Source: Felis catus (Eukaryota). Taken from it: a stretch of 64,000 bases of DNA. Position numbers and translations under genes: made by a program. How positions within the stretch are numbered: position 1 is the first letter of the stretch; every line of letters starts with the position of its first letter. Shown here piece after piece: positions 23,849 to 37,318 of the stretch. The notes beneath the pieces were generated by a model, which was not told the origin of the DNA, made no database searches, and saw only the letters and a program-made list of their open reading frames with translations. The stretch covers positions 3,844,001 to 3,908,000 of the forward strand of contig NC_058368.1 in the NCBI RefSeq assembly GCF_018350175.1. Reading direction: 5' to 3'.

Positions 23849-24721
23849 TGTTAGTTTTATAGGTTCTAGAACTTAGAGCTGAGATTTTCTCTCAAAGCCA
23901 AATGAAAAGGAAAGCACTTCTGCATATGTAAATGTCCCATTCCCGAGACCGAAAAATCCAGGTTTCCAAAGAGGCTGTAAGCTCGCGCTGGCAGGTGCCA
24001 AGGGCAGGCCACCCCAAAATGTAAAGGCCGGTTCAGAAACAGCCAGCAGAACACCCTGAGCCCCACCTCCCGCACCTGTCTCCAGCCTCCCCTGTGAAAG
24101 GCGCCCTCCCTGTAGCAGGAGATAAAGAGACATCCTCATCACCTGAGGTGGAGAAGTTAGAGCCAAGAAGCCTATACAAGCACCTCTTGTTACTTTTTAC
24201 TGATTTACGCCCCCAGCCAAAACTCTGCTTAGAATTCCTCATGAATGGGGGGGGGGGGGGTGCCTGGGTGGCTCAGTCCGTTAAGGCGTCCGACTTTGGC
24301 TCAGGTCATGGTCTCGTGGCCCGTGAGTTCGAGCCCCGCACTGGGCTCTGTGCTGACAGCCTGGAGCCTGCTTGGGATCCTGTGTCTCCCCCTTTCTCGT
24401 GCTCTCCTCCACTCACGCTCTCTCTCTCTCTCCCTCTGTCTCAAAAATAAATAAACGTAAAAAAAAATTGTTTACAAATGGGAGCTCCCAAAGCCAAGTT
24501 TTCTTTGTCAATTCCTCACCGACTTATGGCCACTTTCTTCAAAAGGTATAAAAGCCACCCACCCCCGTCTTGTCCTCAAGCCTCAACTTCGTTACTGGGC
24601 CTCCACGTGCATGTGGTGAGCCTTTGGCTTGGTTTTGTTTGATTTGTTTTTTTTCCCCCTTTATTCTTACACCACCTGGAAGACCTTCAAGGGTGGAAGG
24701 AAAAATATTTCCTCCCCTACA
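23849..24721 (+). mobile_element. ERV1-class solo LTR (MER34/MER39-like) interrupted by a SINE
   Basis: Starts TGTTAG, has TATAAAA at 24547-24553 and ends GGAAAAATATTTCCTCCCCTACA, as recalled for MER34/39-group LTRs. Confidence 0.6.
24257..24468 (+). mobile_element. Can-SINE with a 5' G run expanded to G14
   Basis: G14 at 24247-24260 merges into the SINE head; CT tract and tail intact. Confidence 0.93.
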
Positions 24722-25799
24722 CAGTTAAAATGCTGAAAATAAAATGGTTCCAGGTTGTCCTTCAAAATACTCACCTTCTAGTCGAATTGCTATCGAGTAT
24801 GAAAATCCAGTAATAACTGTAAATGATGAGCGGCCCTGCTGTTGAACTTGGTGTATTTTGTAGGACCTCTGGTTCCCCCTTTGCCCCCCGTTTTACTTGG
24901 CTTCTCCTAGACCCTTGTTTCTTCTCAAATGAGCCCAGCCAGCCTGCTAAGCAGCCCCCCCCCCCCAGGGGTTCCTAGTGGGAGGGGGAAGAACTCCAGA
25001 GCAGGATTCTGCTACTTTCCTACTCCTCAGAACCTGCCTCTACCCCTCCAGCCTTCCCTCCTCCTCTTCTTCTCAGCCTCAACAGCATCTGCCTAGCTCT
25101 GTGTGCTTCGGACCCACTACGAGGCCAGATCTTTCCATGACGGCCCCAGGAGTGTTGTTGAATTCCTCGCCCACGGGACTTGTCATTTTCAGGGCACAAC
25201 TTCACTCAATTTTAAAGGTGATTTTGCCCTGGAGAAACGTATGAAAAACTGGGAACAGGAGTATTCTTAGCAATTTGTACATCTGCAGAAGTCTCAAGAC
25301 TTCTCTCAGGACCCCTCGAAATATTGAAGAGTGCTGGGCGCGGGTCTGACTGGTGCGCAGCCTTCCGCCGATGAAAACCGAGCTGGGGTCGCAGGAGGGT
25401 TCGCTTGCCCCCAAAGGGGTCCACGCTTCCTCCGGAAGCAGTGGGGCGCCATTTAAGCATTTGCCACAGGAAAGCCACAGAGACCGGATTATTCTTTGGG
25501 ATGCTCCCTCTGGTTGCCGTGCAGGATGGGTTGGGGGCAAGGGGGAGGGAGAGGAGAGGAGTTCTAGAAAGTCCAAGGCTGAGGACTGGGGAACGAAGGG
25601 AGAGCCAGCAGGAAGAGGTCATTGCTGTTGAGATGGAGGCTGTGAAAGCTTGCCTCACCCTCGTGACTATTTCAGTTCTCTTCTGAACGTTCTCAGTTAG
25701 TCTTATGTGTAGAACACCCCTGAAAAGCACACTATGCACGAAGAGGCAATCATTACAAGTTCAGGCTGTGAAGTCAGAGGGCCACTCTCCCGCCGTGGG

Positions 25800-25955
25800 G
25801 CCTTGTTTGTGCGACTTGCTTAATTACCCTCAGCCTCAGTTTCCGCATTTGTAAAAATAGGAATAAATTCGCAGTACTACCTCTTGAGGTTACAATGAGT
25901 GCCAAATGCAGTTGAGACAAAACATTTAGACAGTGTCTGACTTCCTGGTGAAGAG
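25800..25955 (+). mobile_element. MIR fragment
   Basis: CAGCCTCAGTTTCCGCATTTGTAAAAATAGGAATAA is the MIR core. Confidence 0.75.
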
Positions 25956-26995
25956 TAGTCATACTCCTCCCCCCTCCTGACCCCACCCCTCCTTGCCTTC
26001 ACAGTCACTGTCAATAATGAGGAAACACATAACCTCGTAGTCTCAGTGACCAGGAGGTCAGGGAGGAGCCTCAGAATGGTGAGTGATCAGGATTTCTAAC
26101 CTGCTTCTCCTGGATCCCCTAGGAAGGCACCGTGAGCCCCATATAGAAGGTACTAGACTAAGGAATGCTCTCCACACTCAGTCTGGGCTGCTGAGGAGGA
26201 AATGCACATTCCAGAACACAAACAGAAAACCCTCTCTGGTATTGTCACTAACTTACTGGAAATCCCTATTGCCTTCAGGAAAAACAAAAACAAAAACAAA
26301 AAACAAAACTCAACTGACTGGGTTTCCTATGAACATTTTCCCTTCATAAAACATTTTAGATCTTAATGAAAATTTTATATGAAACATTCTAGAATGTTAA
26401 TCTTGGTGAAACATAGAGGTATGCTGTCCCCCTACCGGAGTGCATTTGAATGTGTATTCTGTGCAACAGTTGAAAATCGCTTTAAATCCTCACATTTCAG
26501 TCCTGAAGAAAAGGTGTCTATAAAGATAGAAGTGAATCGTGACCTTGAAGTTCCTGAAACTTGTTAATGAACTGTCAAAGCAATCAGAAAATTGCATATA
26601 CACTACATTTGATAAGAACCTTAATTATGCCTACCTCAAGAATTTCTTTTTGCCCTAAGTCTTTCACACGGAGACTTGTAACTAAAAAGAAGCTCAGCTG
26701 GGTTGACACATTTAAATAACTTTTCTTTTCTTAAAATTGGTCCTTAACTTTGTGTGGGTATTTCTCAGAGTTAGCATTTAGTTCAATGCTATTTTTAGGG
26801 ACTAGGCAAATTGAGGTTTTGAGGGGAAGGGGTTATATAGTTGCTTTGCCTGAAAATTTCAGTTTGGTTAGAAAACTCCAAGGACTTAATGACATAGATG
26901 ACAGGCTTCTTTATTCCCTGGTTAAATGCAGTCTCCCTGTGTCACTCGAGGAACATTCTAAGCTCTGCCTTCCTTTGTAAATAATGTCAAACGTC

Positions 26996-27265
26996 AGGGT
27001 CATGTCTATACGGGATGAATGGTGCTAGGGCGGGCTCAGGTCCCCCTCACCGGTCTGGTACACGAACTGGCCACTGAACCGCCAGTGACGGTTAGGACAG
27101 TTCTCTAGGTACCCACGTGTCACTAGACACATCTTTGTGTCTGGCTTCTCCTGCCCCGACCAGCTGTTCTCATCGCCTGACATTTATGCCTCTTAGAGAA
27201 CATTCCCTTCATGAATCATTTGTACGAGCGTCCTCACCTCAGGTTCCGGAGAATCCGACCTGAGA
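26996..27265 (+). mobile_element. ERVL-type LTR 3' fragment
   Basis: Ends ATGAATCATTTGTACGAGCGTCCTCACCTCAGGTTCCGGAGAATCCGACCTGAGATA, like the shared ERVL-LTR terminus ...AATCCTCATCTCAG...GAACCCGACCTAAGACA. Confidence 0.55.
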
Positions 27266-27269
27266 TAGA

Positions 27270-30100
27270 CAAGGTGGAGCCGTGTGCTACTGAGAAATCC
27301 ATCGATGTGTCTGACTGATCGATCGCTTGTTAAAATCCCGATGTTTCCGACAGCCGTTGTTCAGACCAGTGTCCCCAGGAACCACACTGAGCTGGAGACT
27401 TGCCTGCCGGTTTATTGGAGGGAAAACACCTGCACGCGACCGAAGGCAGCCCAGTTGGGCAGGAGGGTTGAATAGCGATGTAGACGCGTCAGAGCCGCGA
27501 TGGCCCTCCGAGTTGTCCTCAGATTGAGGGAGGGGCCTGGGCTTTTGCCCCCCTGCTGTTACCAAACAGTGGACGTGGGACATACGGTAGGTGGGGCGGC
27601 TCAGTGCCATCGAAGCCATTCTCATCCTCAGGTGTCACCCGTGGCAGCTGGAAGAGTGAGGCCTGGGTCCTGAAGACTGACCAGGGAAATACGCCACTGC
27701 TGTTCACCCCTCGCGTCGTGCGGATTACTCCACGTACCTAATTTGGAGATCGCCCCCTGCCCCCCACAGGGTTCTGGTCAGACTCTTTCCCTGAGGAAGC
27801 CACTGAAGGAACATCAGCGGGATGCACTACAGGCTCCGTGGCTGCCGTCAGTCTCCAGAAGGCAACCGACACTCATCGTGTCTCCCTCCCGCCCACCACC
27901 CCCGGCCACCCGTTCATTCCCACCTAATACCTTTGCTGGTCTAGGTAGCCAACCCGGGTGATGACCCTGGCGTTCACCTCTGAGGGGTCTGAGCCGTTGG
28001 TCACCGTGCCCTTATGGATCAGCCTTTGCGTGAACACGTGTCCATTTGCCATCCGCACAGTCAGAGGACACCGAGAAATGCCCTTCCAGGCCTTCTGGGT
28101 GACAGACATTCTTCCCAGCCAGGAATGGCACATCCTTTCCTTCTAACTGCTGTCTTGGTACAAGGGGCTCAAGTGAATGGATGGTGGCATGCACATTAAT
28201 GGCACTCACGCTGCACTCCCTGGTGGAAGCATTTCCCACCGGGGAACAGACTTCTAGATCCACAGAGCCCGTAGTCGTGGGGATGGGAGGCCTGGATTTC
28301 CCATCCAGGTCATTAAAAGTGATGGTAAGAATGACCACTCCTACTCTCACCCTTGGTTCCCAGGCCATGCGTTCTACCCATTGAGGATGGGATACGGTGC
28401 CACGTGGTGGTTCAGATGGCCGGTACGGACTGCATCCTGAGGCATCACCCACCCTCACAAGGAATCTCCACACTGGGACCTCAACAGCAACCTCAAAAGG
28501 CTGTCCCATCCCGTTCCCAAACCGGCAGCTCTGGGACATGCCGTGGGTGTTGACAACAGTAGGCCCATAGTCAAGTGCCACGGTGCCCTTTGTTATGAAG
28601 TGGATCATTTGATTCACTGCAGTGTCACAGGGCGTCCCACACCAGTGGATCCAACATCTGTAGGTCCTCAGAGAGTCATGGTGGCCAAGGCCATGCAGGC
28701 GAAAGAGAAAAGCCCATACCCGTCCCGTGTGTTCCAGTCAGAGTGATACAATTGTCTTGCCATTGAGTGGCTGCTTGCACGTGTTGGGCTGTGTCCAGCC
28801 TCAGCGTGGGTGTCTGTTGTTGGCAGTTTAGACATTCAGTAGTGGCAGTAGCTAGATCAGCCTTGACGAGAGGGCTCCCTCGTTGGGCCCACACGTGGCC
28901 TCCATCGCAGCCACTGTGGCCACTGTGTTAACGAACCCGCTGTGGGAGCACAGGGTGGGTGACGATGAGCTGGCTGCTGTCAACTGGCTGAGTCATTCTG
29001 GCCGTTTGGTGCCTCCTCCACAGCGGACACTCGGGAGGATGTTAGTGTGTGAAGCGAAGGTCTTTGCCCTTGTGCCCCCACAGGTCCACCCTCGGGCTCT
29101 TTCCCTCATCTCATTGTCGTCCCCCTTCCAGGTCCTGATGAAACCGCCAAGCCATTCACCCCTGTCAGTGAGACTGTCTGTATCCCAACCTCAGCTTGTC
29201 TCTGCTTCCGCCAAAAGTGGATGTGCAGATGAACTACCTGAAGCTTTGTGCTTTGGGAAGATTTCCTTTCAGCACCTTGACGGGGCCATGGTCCACAGCA
29301 AGACGTTTGTGGCTTGCACCAACATACTGAGCCAACCCACCCTGAAGCCAGGTTTGGCCATTTTCTCCCTCTACAGGCTGGTCGTAAGGGACACCCCTCT
29401 GTGGCCAGAGGACTGAGATGAGGCAGAGGTGGGGGGTGACGGAACCCTGAGTCACCTGTGCACGCAGCCTCTTGTGCCCTCTGCCTGCCCCGGTGCCTGG
29501 TATGCCACTTCTAACGTCCAGGAGATTACTGCTGGCCTCTGACCTCATGCCTCGGTGGAGGGCTAACAAAACTCAAGTTGTGATGGGAGATTCTGGCCAC
29601 GTGGCCAGATAGATGTCTCACGGTCGGGTGCCCTGTGTCCACAAAAGCCCGGGAGCGCTTAGGGAAATGTTTTACAAATGGCATGTAATTCCCTACCGCA
29701 GACGGCACCACCTTATTCCAGAACGCTAGAGGACCATACTGTGATTCTTCCACAGGGTTGCCCTTTCCTCATTGTACCACAGCCAGTCACACGGCCTCTG
29801 GTTCTGCTGGAGCAGGGCTGGATGAGTCCTCGCACTGTGCGCTTGCTCCAGTGTCACAGGTGTTTCCTTCTGGGGACCTGGCCTCTCTTCAGTCGAGGGT
29901 TTCCACGTCTGGAAACCGAGCAAAGAGTTGTGATCTTTGTGGGGGCCAGGGGCCCTCAGCCCCCTGACCATCCATCCTTGATATGTCTTCTTGCACAAAT
30001 GGAGAGAACTCCCTTGCTGGCTGCCCGTCTGTGTCTGTCCTCCTCAACAACTAGCATGGAAGTTCCGGCCCTTGCCTTTGACCAGGTGTCATCCATTGCT
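27270..30100 (-). mobile_element. Decayed class III (ERV-L/HERV16-like) proviral internal region: gag end, RT-connection/RNase H and integrase remnants
   Basis: Minus-strand fragments PLAFWNKVVPSAVGNYMPFVKH (cf. PLGFWSKALPSSADNYSPFEKQ), GVPYDQPVEGENGQTWLQGGLAQY (cf. GVPYDQLTEEEKTRAWFTDGSARY) and WAQRGSPLVKADLATATTECLNCQQQTPTL (integrase zinc-finger CxxC); many stops and frameshifts. Confidence 0.85.
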
Positions 30101-30104
30101 TTCT

Positions 30105-30567
30105 CCAGGCCACCCGTTTCCCCAGGAAACAAACAAACGACAGGAGACTGAGATTTGCATGGAGGACGTTCATTAGGAAGGGTTGCTAGGAGGAAGAGCT
30201 CTGTGGGAGTGGAGGAAGCAGGAATGGGCAGAAGAAGAAGCTGGAGACAGAGGGCTCCGTGATCCCACCGGACTGGCTGGGCAGAGCGGAGAGGTGGGGG
30301 GGGTGCTCTCTGGAGCCAGACTGACCCTTCAGAGAAGACATGAATGAAGACAACAAGGGCCAGGCCCTTGTGCCACCAGAGCGACCTGTCATTAGCTGCC
30401 CTGGGAGGGGCGTCGCTTTGGATGGGGGGTGGGTAGCCCTCTTTGACCAACGACAGTTCCAGGACCTCAGGTGCACACTGTGAGCAGGGAGTATTCCTGG
30501 CGACCGAGAGAATGAGCTCCTCGGTGACGAGGGAAGAAGGTCTACCCGACACCACAGTATCTATGCA
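30105..30567 (-). mobile_element. LTR16-family LTR (5' LTR of the adjacent provirus)
   Basis: GGAAGCAGGAATGGGCAGA...GATCCCAC...CCCTTCAGAG...GAATGAGCTCCTCGGT...CACCACAGTATCTATGCA matches the recalled antisense LTR16A/C consensus. Confidence 0.8.
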
Positions 30568-31103
30568 GTAGTTCTCAGGTTTGCTGCCTTTATGATTATT
30601 TGACCTTTGCGTGGATTTTAGAAAATGATTTCTTTCATGACTGTTTTACTTCTGTAAGTAGGACTCTTTGGTCATATAATCCAGTAGAACAGCAGTTTAT
30701 AAAGAGCATTTAATGGAGAATTGATCTCTGCGTTATTTTCATCCATTTATTCATCAAATATTGGCAGTGTTCTAGGGAGCAAGACTGGCCAAGAGCGTGA
30801 CAGAAGAGAAAAAATCCTGCCCTTGTGGGTATGGGGCAAACGATATGGGAACGTGGATGCAGTATTTTTTGGATGTTGCGTAAGATAGGAAACTGGAGGC
30901 AGGAGAGAGAAATTAACGTTGCTTCGGTTCATTAGCAGGGGAATAAGTTAAAGCTATCAACAGAAAGGCCAGCATAACTCCACCTTAAGTAGTGGCTAAC
31001 TTCAACTAACTAATTATCCCTTTGCTCTCAGTATAGACAAATAGAGGTCATTATTATTTTGGTGATTACTTTGATTAAATCATATTCTGTTATCAAAGCG
31101 TTT

Positions 31104-31177
31104 TATTTTTTAAACTGTTTAAAGTTTATCTTAAGAGAGAGAGCACGTGCACATGCACACATGACTGAGGAAGGGGC

Positions 31178-31216
<39 letters not shown>

Positions 31217-31342
31217 CCCAAGCAGGCTCTGTGGTGTCAGCACAGAGCCTGACACAGGGCCCGAAGCCATGAACTGTGAGATCATGATCTGAGCTGAAAT
31301 CAGGAGTCAGATGCTCAATGGACTGAGCCACTCAGGTGCCCC
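31104..31342 (-). mobile_element. Can-SINE with TSD
   Basis: Reverse SINE with (GA)n; CTGTTATCAAA flanks both ends. Confidence 0.94.
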
Positions 31343-33432
31343 TGTTATCAAAACATTTTAAAGGGACGAAAACAAAAAATAAATATTTAATTTTTTGATA
31401 TGCTGAGAGGAATTGATCATGAACATTTTTAACATAATGAGTATTTAAAATATGGAAAATATGTAAATATGTGAATCATTTATATAATTTAGTATATTGG
31501 CATTTGGGTTTTGATTGATTATATCAATGATACTGTAGAGCTTTTCTGATCTGGTGTGAGTTGTATTTGTAATAATAGTTTCCAGAACTTTGTCAAGATG
31601 TAGCACCGTCATCTTCTATAAATACGTATTCTTTGAAATTCTAGTATGATCTAGCTTCAGAGTCAAAAGACCACAAATGTTGTACTTAGTATACAATAAT
31701 AGCAAGTCTAACACTCTGTGTTAAACATTATTTTAGGAACAGTGCCCTTTCCCTTTGGAACTAGGGTGGCAAATTTCGGGGAAATACTGGCCTCCAAATA
31801 TGTAAGACTTAAGAATATACTTGGGCATATATCAGAGCATATGTTATAAGGTTAACTGGGTTGGTTGTGAATGTTTGGTGCCCGATGGTAATAAAGGGGC
31901 TTTGTTTGGAGTAGTGAGAGTGATCAGAAGCATAATAACCTTTGTGAAACTTACAATTCTCATGATGTGAAATACATGTAAGGCACCCATGAGTCTTCTA
32001 TTCCACCTGGTGGGAGAAGGACACCAGCAGGTCAGGAGTTAGATGCACCCTCAGAACTCTGGGAATCCCAACTGTAAGCATTTGGGCACTTTGAAGAAAA
32101 CGATTACATTACTCATGATAGTAGGAAAGCATTTATAAGTTATAATGCCAGTAAACAGCCCAATGAAGGCTTCATGTGTTAAAAGAAATTCTTGAAAGAC
32201 TGCATAATTAAACTCTATGTTTGGTGATCCTTTTTTTGTTGATAAAGCATTCAGGAAACACTATGCAATGAAATATTCCACATATTTGCAGATAGTTTCT
32301 GAGTAATTTGACAAAGCACAAAATCAACAACAAACACATGGGGGAAAATGGTAACCATATACAGTTTCCTAAAAGACTACATACTAAATCAGGAAATAAA
32401 TAGCCTTGGTCACTTTGGACCATCGAAATCAGAGAGTGGATATTTTAAAGACAAGGCGATAAGCCAAGACCGAATAACATCATATGCCTTCCGCCTCCAC
32501 TTTCGTCTTCACTGTAAGAAACTGTGAGTCTCCAAGTAAATCTTGCGGACCATTTGCCCAGAGCTTGAGTAGGATCACAGGTTGGAGTAGAATTTGAGAA
32601 AGGAATGACAGTCTGAAGAAGGAAAAGAAGATAAAACAGCAGGGGGGACCACATTCTCAAGGAAGCAGGTGCAGGGATCAGAAAGAAATGTGGCTCCGTG
32701 GGCCTTGTCTCATGGACAGGGCCAGGTGGCAAAGCCACAAAGCCCTGCCGAAAAGCTCTTCGAACATATTCCACCAAAATTCAGGACGTGTCTTCAGACG
32801 AAGGAGTCTCCACTGTGAGGAGAAGGCTGTGGGGCCTTTTGACTTGATCGGTTGACAGAATCCATCACGGCATCACGAAGTTTTCATCATAGAGCTAAGT
32901 AAGGGTGTCTTTAGAAATCAGGCTGGTTTTATGTGAAAGCAAGAGGGAAATACCTAAGATAAGACGGTTGAAAAGCGAAAGTAGGAACAGTGCTTTTCTG
33001 ATGCTAATCTTCCTCCAAAATCCGACTCCCCTATCTTATCAGGGTAGAACTTTATGTGATCTTGACCCTTAAAATGTGCTCTTTGGACACAAAGAGAGCT
33101 TACGATTCCCATTCGTGCTAGAAAATGGAGTTGTGCGCAGGATCGCCGAGATGTGGAATGAGGGAAGTGTCAGCCTATGAATTATGACATACGCATCAAT
33201 CATATCATTATGCCAATAAAAGGGTCTGGCAAACAATGATGTGTAAATCAATCATTTTCCCCTTTTGTTTGGTGTGTTCCCATTCTTTTCCGAGCTATTC
33301 ATGGAGTTTCTATTGAAGTTGGTAGGCTCTCAGTTAAAGAATGGGTAGGAGAGATAATACGATCCTCGGGTAGAGATGGAATGACTTGCATTTTCACGCG
33401 TAATGCCGTTTTGTAGACATGGAAATCATCAA

Positions 33433-33637
33433 TTTTTTCACGTTTGTTTTTGAGAGACAGCCCACACGTGCGAGCGAGCAGGGGAGGGCCGAGGGAGAGG
33501 GAGACCCAGAATCCGAAGCAGGCTCCCCGCTCCGAGCGGTCGGCACAGAGCCCGACGCGGGTCTCGAACCCACAGACCGCGAGATCGTGACCTGAGCCGA
33601 AGTCGGACGCTTAACCGACTGAGCCACCCAGGCGCCC
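33433..33637 (-). mobile_element. Can-SINE (CpG-rich copy)
   Basis: Reverse SINE ending CCACCCAGGCGCCC. Confidence 0.93.
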
Positions 33638-34392
33638 TGTCCACAAGCACATTTAGATGCGAATGTGTCTTCTTTGGCCTGCCTGCCTGTAACCAGTACA
33701 TATATAATTGAGCCACTCTGTTGGCAAGTCCTACTCTCGGTGCTGTGTACGTGACAGTGAACAAAACATTCTTCCTGCCCTCGTGGAGATAGATAGGAGT
33801 CTAAAGAGGAACGGACCAGAAAAAGTCAACAAATGAAGGCAGCATTATCCGTCCTGGAAAATGAGGGAAATAAGCAGGCCTCGGTTGTAAATGACGACGG
33901 GGCGGAAGGTACACAGAAGGGGTGCTGGTGGAAGTCCATCTAAGTCCCGGCCGAGGTGGCAGCCACGTGGCACAGACCACGTGATTCGGGCAGAAGGACC
34001 AACGTGTGAAGGCTACAAGATAGGAAAAGCTGGTTCTGTTTGAGGGATCGGAAGAAGTCAGCGCTGAGAAGGGCACAGTGGGACGGGATGGGACGGGATG
34101 GGGCTGGAGAGGCGGGAGGCAGCCCCGGAGTGGAGCTTCCTCCCAGGGACAAGGGAGGCCACTGAGCGACCTTCGCCAGGGCCACACGGGGTTGCCTTAG
34201 GGCTTCTCGCAGCGCCTCAGTATACATTTTGTTAACTAACTTGGCTCTTACCGCAGCCAACCACTACTGGCCCTCTGCATTCGCTATGCACGCACAGAGT
34301 CACAGGTTAACGGTAGGTATGAGCCCCGCGAAGAAGCGGACCCTAGTTGGTACCAAGTAACACCTGGTTCTGGTTAAGAAGCTAGTTCTCCA

Positions 34393-34554
34393 GGGGCGCC
34401 CGGGGGGCTCAGTCGGTCGAGCGTCTGACTTCGGCTCAGGGAATGATCTTAACATTCGTGGGCTCGAGCCCCGTGTTGGGCTCTGTGCCGACAGCTCGGA
34501 GCCTGGAGCCTGCTTCCGATTCTGTGTCTCTGCCCCTCCCCTGCTCACACTCTG

Positions 34555-34598
<44 letters not shown>

Positions 34599-34638
34599 AA
34601 AAATAAGGAAGAATTTTTTAAAAATTAAACAAAAAAAA
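34393..34638 (+). mobile_element. Can-SINE with a long (CT)n
   Basis: Head GGGGCGCCCGGG; (CT) about 20 units at 34556-34597. Confidence 0.94.
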
Positions 34639-34937
34639 GCGAGGTGTCCAAATGCGGCAGCCTTTGTTGTGACACTTTCACGGGCGCACTTGTAACTGAC
34701 GCGAGTGCTGTTCTTAATTGCTCTGCCAGCTTCAGTTTCTGGATGTTACTGTTACTCCTTAGATACTATATAATGACACCTAAAAGCCTCAGACTTCGGA
34801 GTTCATTTAATCAAAACAAGGACAAAATGCTAAGAAAAGTATATTTGAATTGCCCACCTTTATAAACCTAACGCTTTGAAAATAAGCCTCTATCTGAACC
34901 ATGAAACAAAACATGACATTTAAAGCCACAGTTTCTT

Positions 34938-35182
34938 GGGGTGCCTGGATGGGTCAGTGGGTTAAGCATCCAATTTTGGCTCAGGTCATGATGTTGCGGT
35001 GAGTTTGAGACCCGTGTTGGGCTCCGTGCTGATGGTTCGGCGCCTGGAGCCCACTTGGGATTCTGTGTCTCTTCGCCCTCTCTGCCCCTCCCCTGCTCAT
35101 GCCCTGTCTCCCTCCCTTCCTCCCTCCCTCTCTCTCTCTCTCTTTCTGTCTCTCTCACAAAAATAAACAAACATTTAAAAAA
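34938..35182 (+). mobile_element. Can-SINE
   Basis: Diverged head, CT tract and AATAAA tail. Confidence 0.92.
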
Positions 35183-35739
35183 CAGGGTTTTTTAGCTAAC
35201 ATTTGTATGACAGCGGGTTTGATGTTTTCTCTTTCCTTGTAGTCACTCGTTCATTTAAATAAAGGTTTCTTCCCATTTAGCTTTCTTAGCTACTTACAGG
35301 GCACTTAATTCTCTTGGTTTGGTGTAATTTGTAAAGAGCTTTTTTTAAATGGCAACGTTTGCCGTTTTATTTTAAGAGTCAATCGTGGTGTAAGGATGAG
35401 AGGATAATTTGATGACCTTTTAATCTGTTTGAGTGTGGACTTGTGTATGCATTTAGAATATTGGGCATGTGTGATTGTAACTTTGGATGAAATTGACAAT
35501 TACAATCCGTGTACTTTGCTCTATTTAGGTTTACAATGCTGAGCAATTTGATGAAAAGGTAAAGCAGATCTATTCTTGAAATTGGTCATCCTAACTAGTG
35601 ATAAAGTTGGGATGAGTATGGTAAATTAATTACTAACTTCAGTATTATCAAAGGAATATATATGTATATACACACACACATATCTCAAAAGATAGATTTG
35701 TATAAATTCTATAAATCTGACAACATTTGGGGGAGGCAT

Positions 35740-35947
35740 TTAAAAATTTTATTTACATGTTTATTTTTGAGAGAGACAGATACAGAGCTCTAGCAGGGGA
35801 GCAGCAGAGAGGGAGGGGGACACAGAATCCCAAGCAGGCTCCAAGCTGTCAGCGCAGAGCCCGATGTGGGACTCAGACTCACCAACTGTGAGACCATGAC
35901 CTGAGCCAAAGTGGATTGCTTAACCAACTGAGCCATCCGGGTGCCCC
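35740..35947 (-). mobile_element. Can-SINE
   Basis: Reverse SINE ending GGGTGCCCC. Confidence 0.92.
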
Positions 35948-37318
35948 TAGGGAATGCAATTTTAAATGAAAAAAAAGAGTCTGAGGAAATCGTCTTAACA
36001 ATTTTTAAATTTCATCATCTTTTTTTCTGTGGGTATACATTTTAACATGTATTTCAAAATTCTCTCTTTTTCACTTAACACACGGTCATTAGCATCTTCC
36101 TGGGATTTTTTTTTTTTTCCATTTCAAGTCGTCAATTCTGTCATAGTGTGAGAATCCGGTGACTTCGTTAGCCTTCATTATTTATTTAGTGTCCAGTTCT
36201 TCACCGCCCTGGCTAATGCTACCGTAGATATCCTGAAACACAAATCTTCATTTTCATTCCTAATTGTTCCTTTGGACTAAGTTCCTAGAACTGAAATGCC
36301 TGTGCGTGTTTGAGGCTCTTGGTACTCAGTGCCAAGTATCTTTCCAGAAGGATTACGTTCCCCCTCCCGCTCACCAGCAGAGGAGTACCGGGGTTATTTT
36401 TCAGACACTTTGCCAATGCTGGCTATTGTCAGTTTGCCAATCTCTCAGTCTTTGCAGACGGCTCCAGTGCTCGTGGTTATTTGAACTCCTTGGAGTCACG
36501 GTGAAGCTGAACTTTTTTACCGCGTGCATTGCTGCTCAGTTAAGTTTCTCTGACGTGCGCGCGTGGCCTTGCGCAAGTGTTGCTGGGTTACTTGTGGTTT
36601 TTAAGGGCATCAACCTTGCCTTTAAGGCACATGTTCCCCCCCAGTTTACTACCAGCTCTTGAGTGTGTCTTGTTCTGACGTGCTTTCTGTCACACATCGG
36701 TGAGGGTGGGCTCGTCCCCGTACTCCTTGTTCTCCTAAACCGTGGCTCCCGTTCCGAGTGATGAGTTATATAATGCAAGCAGGGAGGCAGGAAGTTAGCT
36801 AATTACTGTGGGAAGGAGCTGTCTTTGAGAAGTCTGAAAGCAAATGGAGGTGCAGCTGGGCCTGCGGTTCTCAGTGCTGTCACGACCTAGTCCGCTTCAA
36901 CCGATAAGCACACTATCTTCCTCCTTCCCCGGAAGAGTGGCCCACGCGTCCTGGATGCCTCTTGTTTCTCGCCTTCCGTTTACTTATCACTAAAGCGGGC
37001 TTGCTTTAGACGCTTCTAATCGTCTCCTCTCTCTGTCTGCCCTTTGTCATGATCTCATGTTTCATACTGAAGCACAAAACTATGCTTTGCCGCCTGTAAG
37101 TCCTACTGTCTATGCATTCATTTGTCCACCGCATACTCACCGATTGCCTGTCACGGGCGCATCACTCCTACTGGCCTCGGTGACACAGTCGCGCAGTTGA
37201 CCCCTCCCCCTGGCCACGGTTACATAATCGTGCGACTGACCACTCACCTCAGTCCATGCCTTATCGTTTTAATAGATGATGTAACATGATAGCACTAGAT
37301 GTGTAGTAAGAAATTACA

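Noticed and set aside
25202..25739. Overlapping 90-175 aa ORFs in intron 1
   Set aside because: No recognisable domain or splice structure; consistent with chance ORFs in GC-richer, partly repeat-derived DNA.
28012..30555. Long ORFs (177-201 aa) as functional or domesticated retroviral genes
   Set aside because: Retroviral similarity is split across frames by stops and frameshifts, and catalytic motifs such as the RNase H TDGS are lost.
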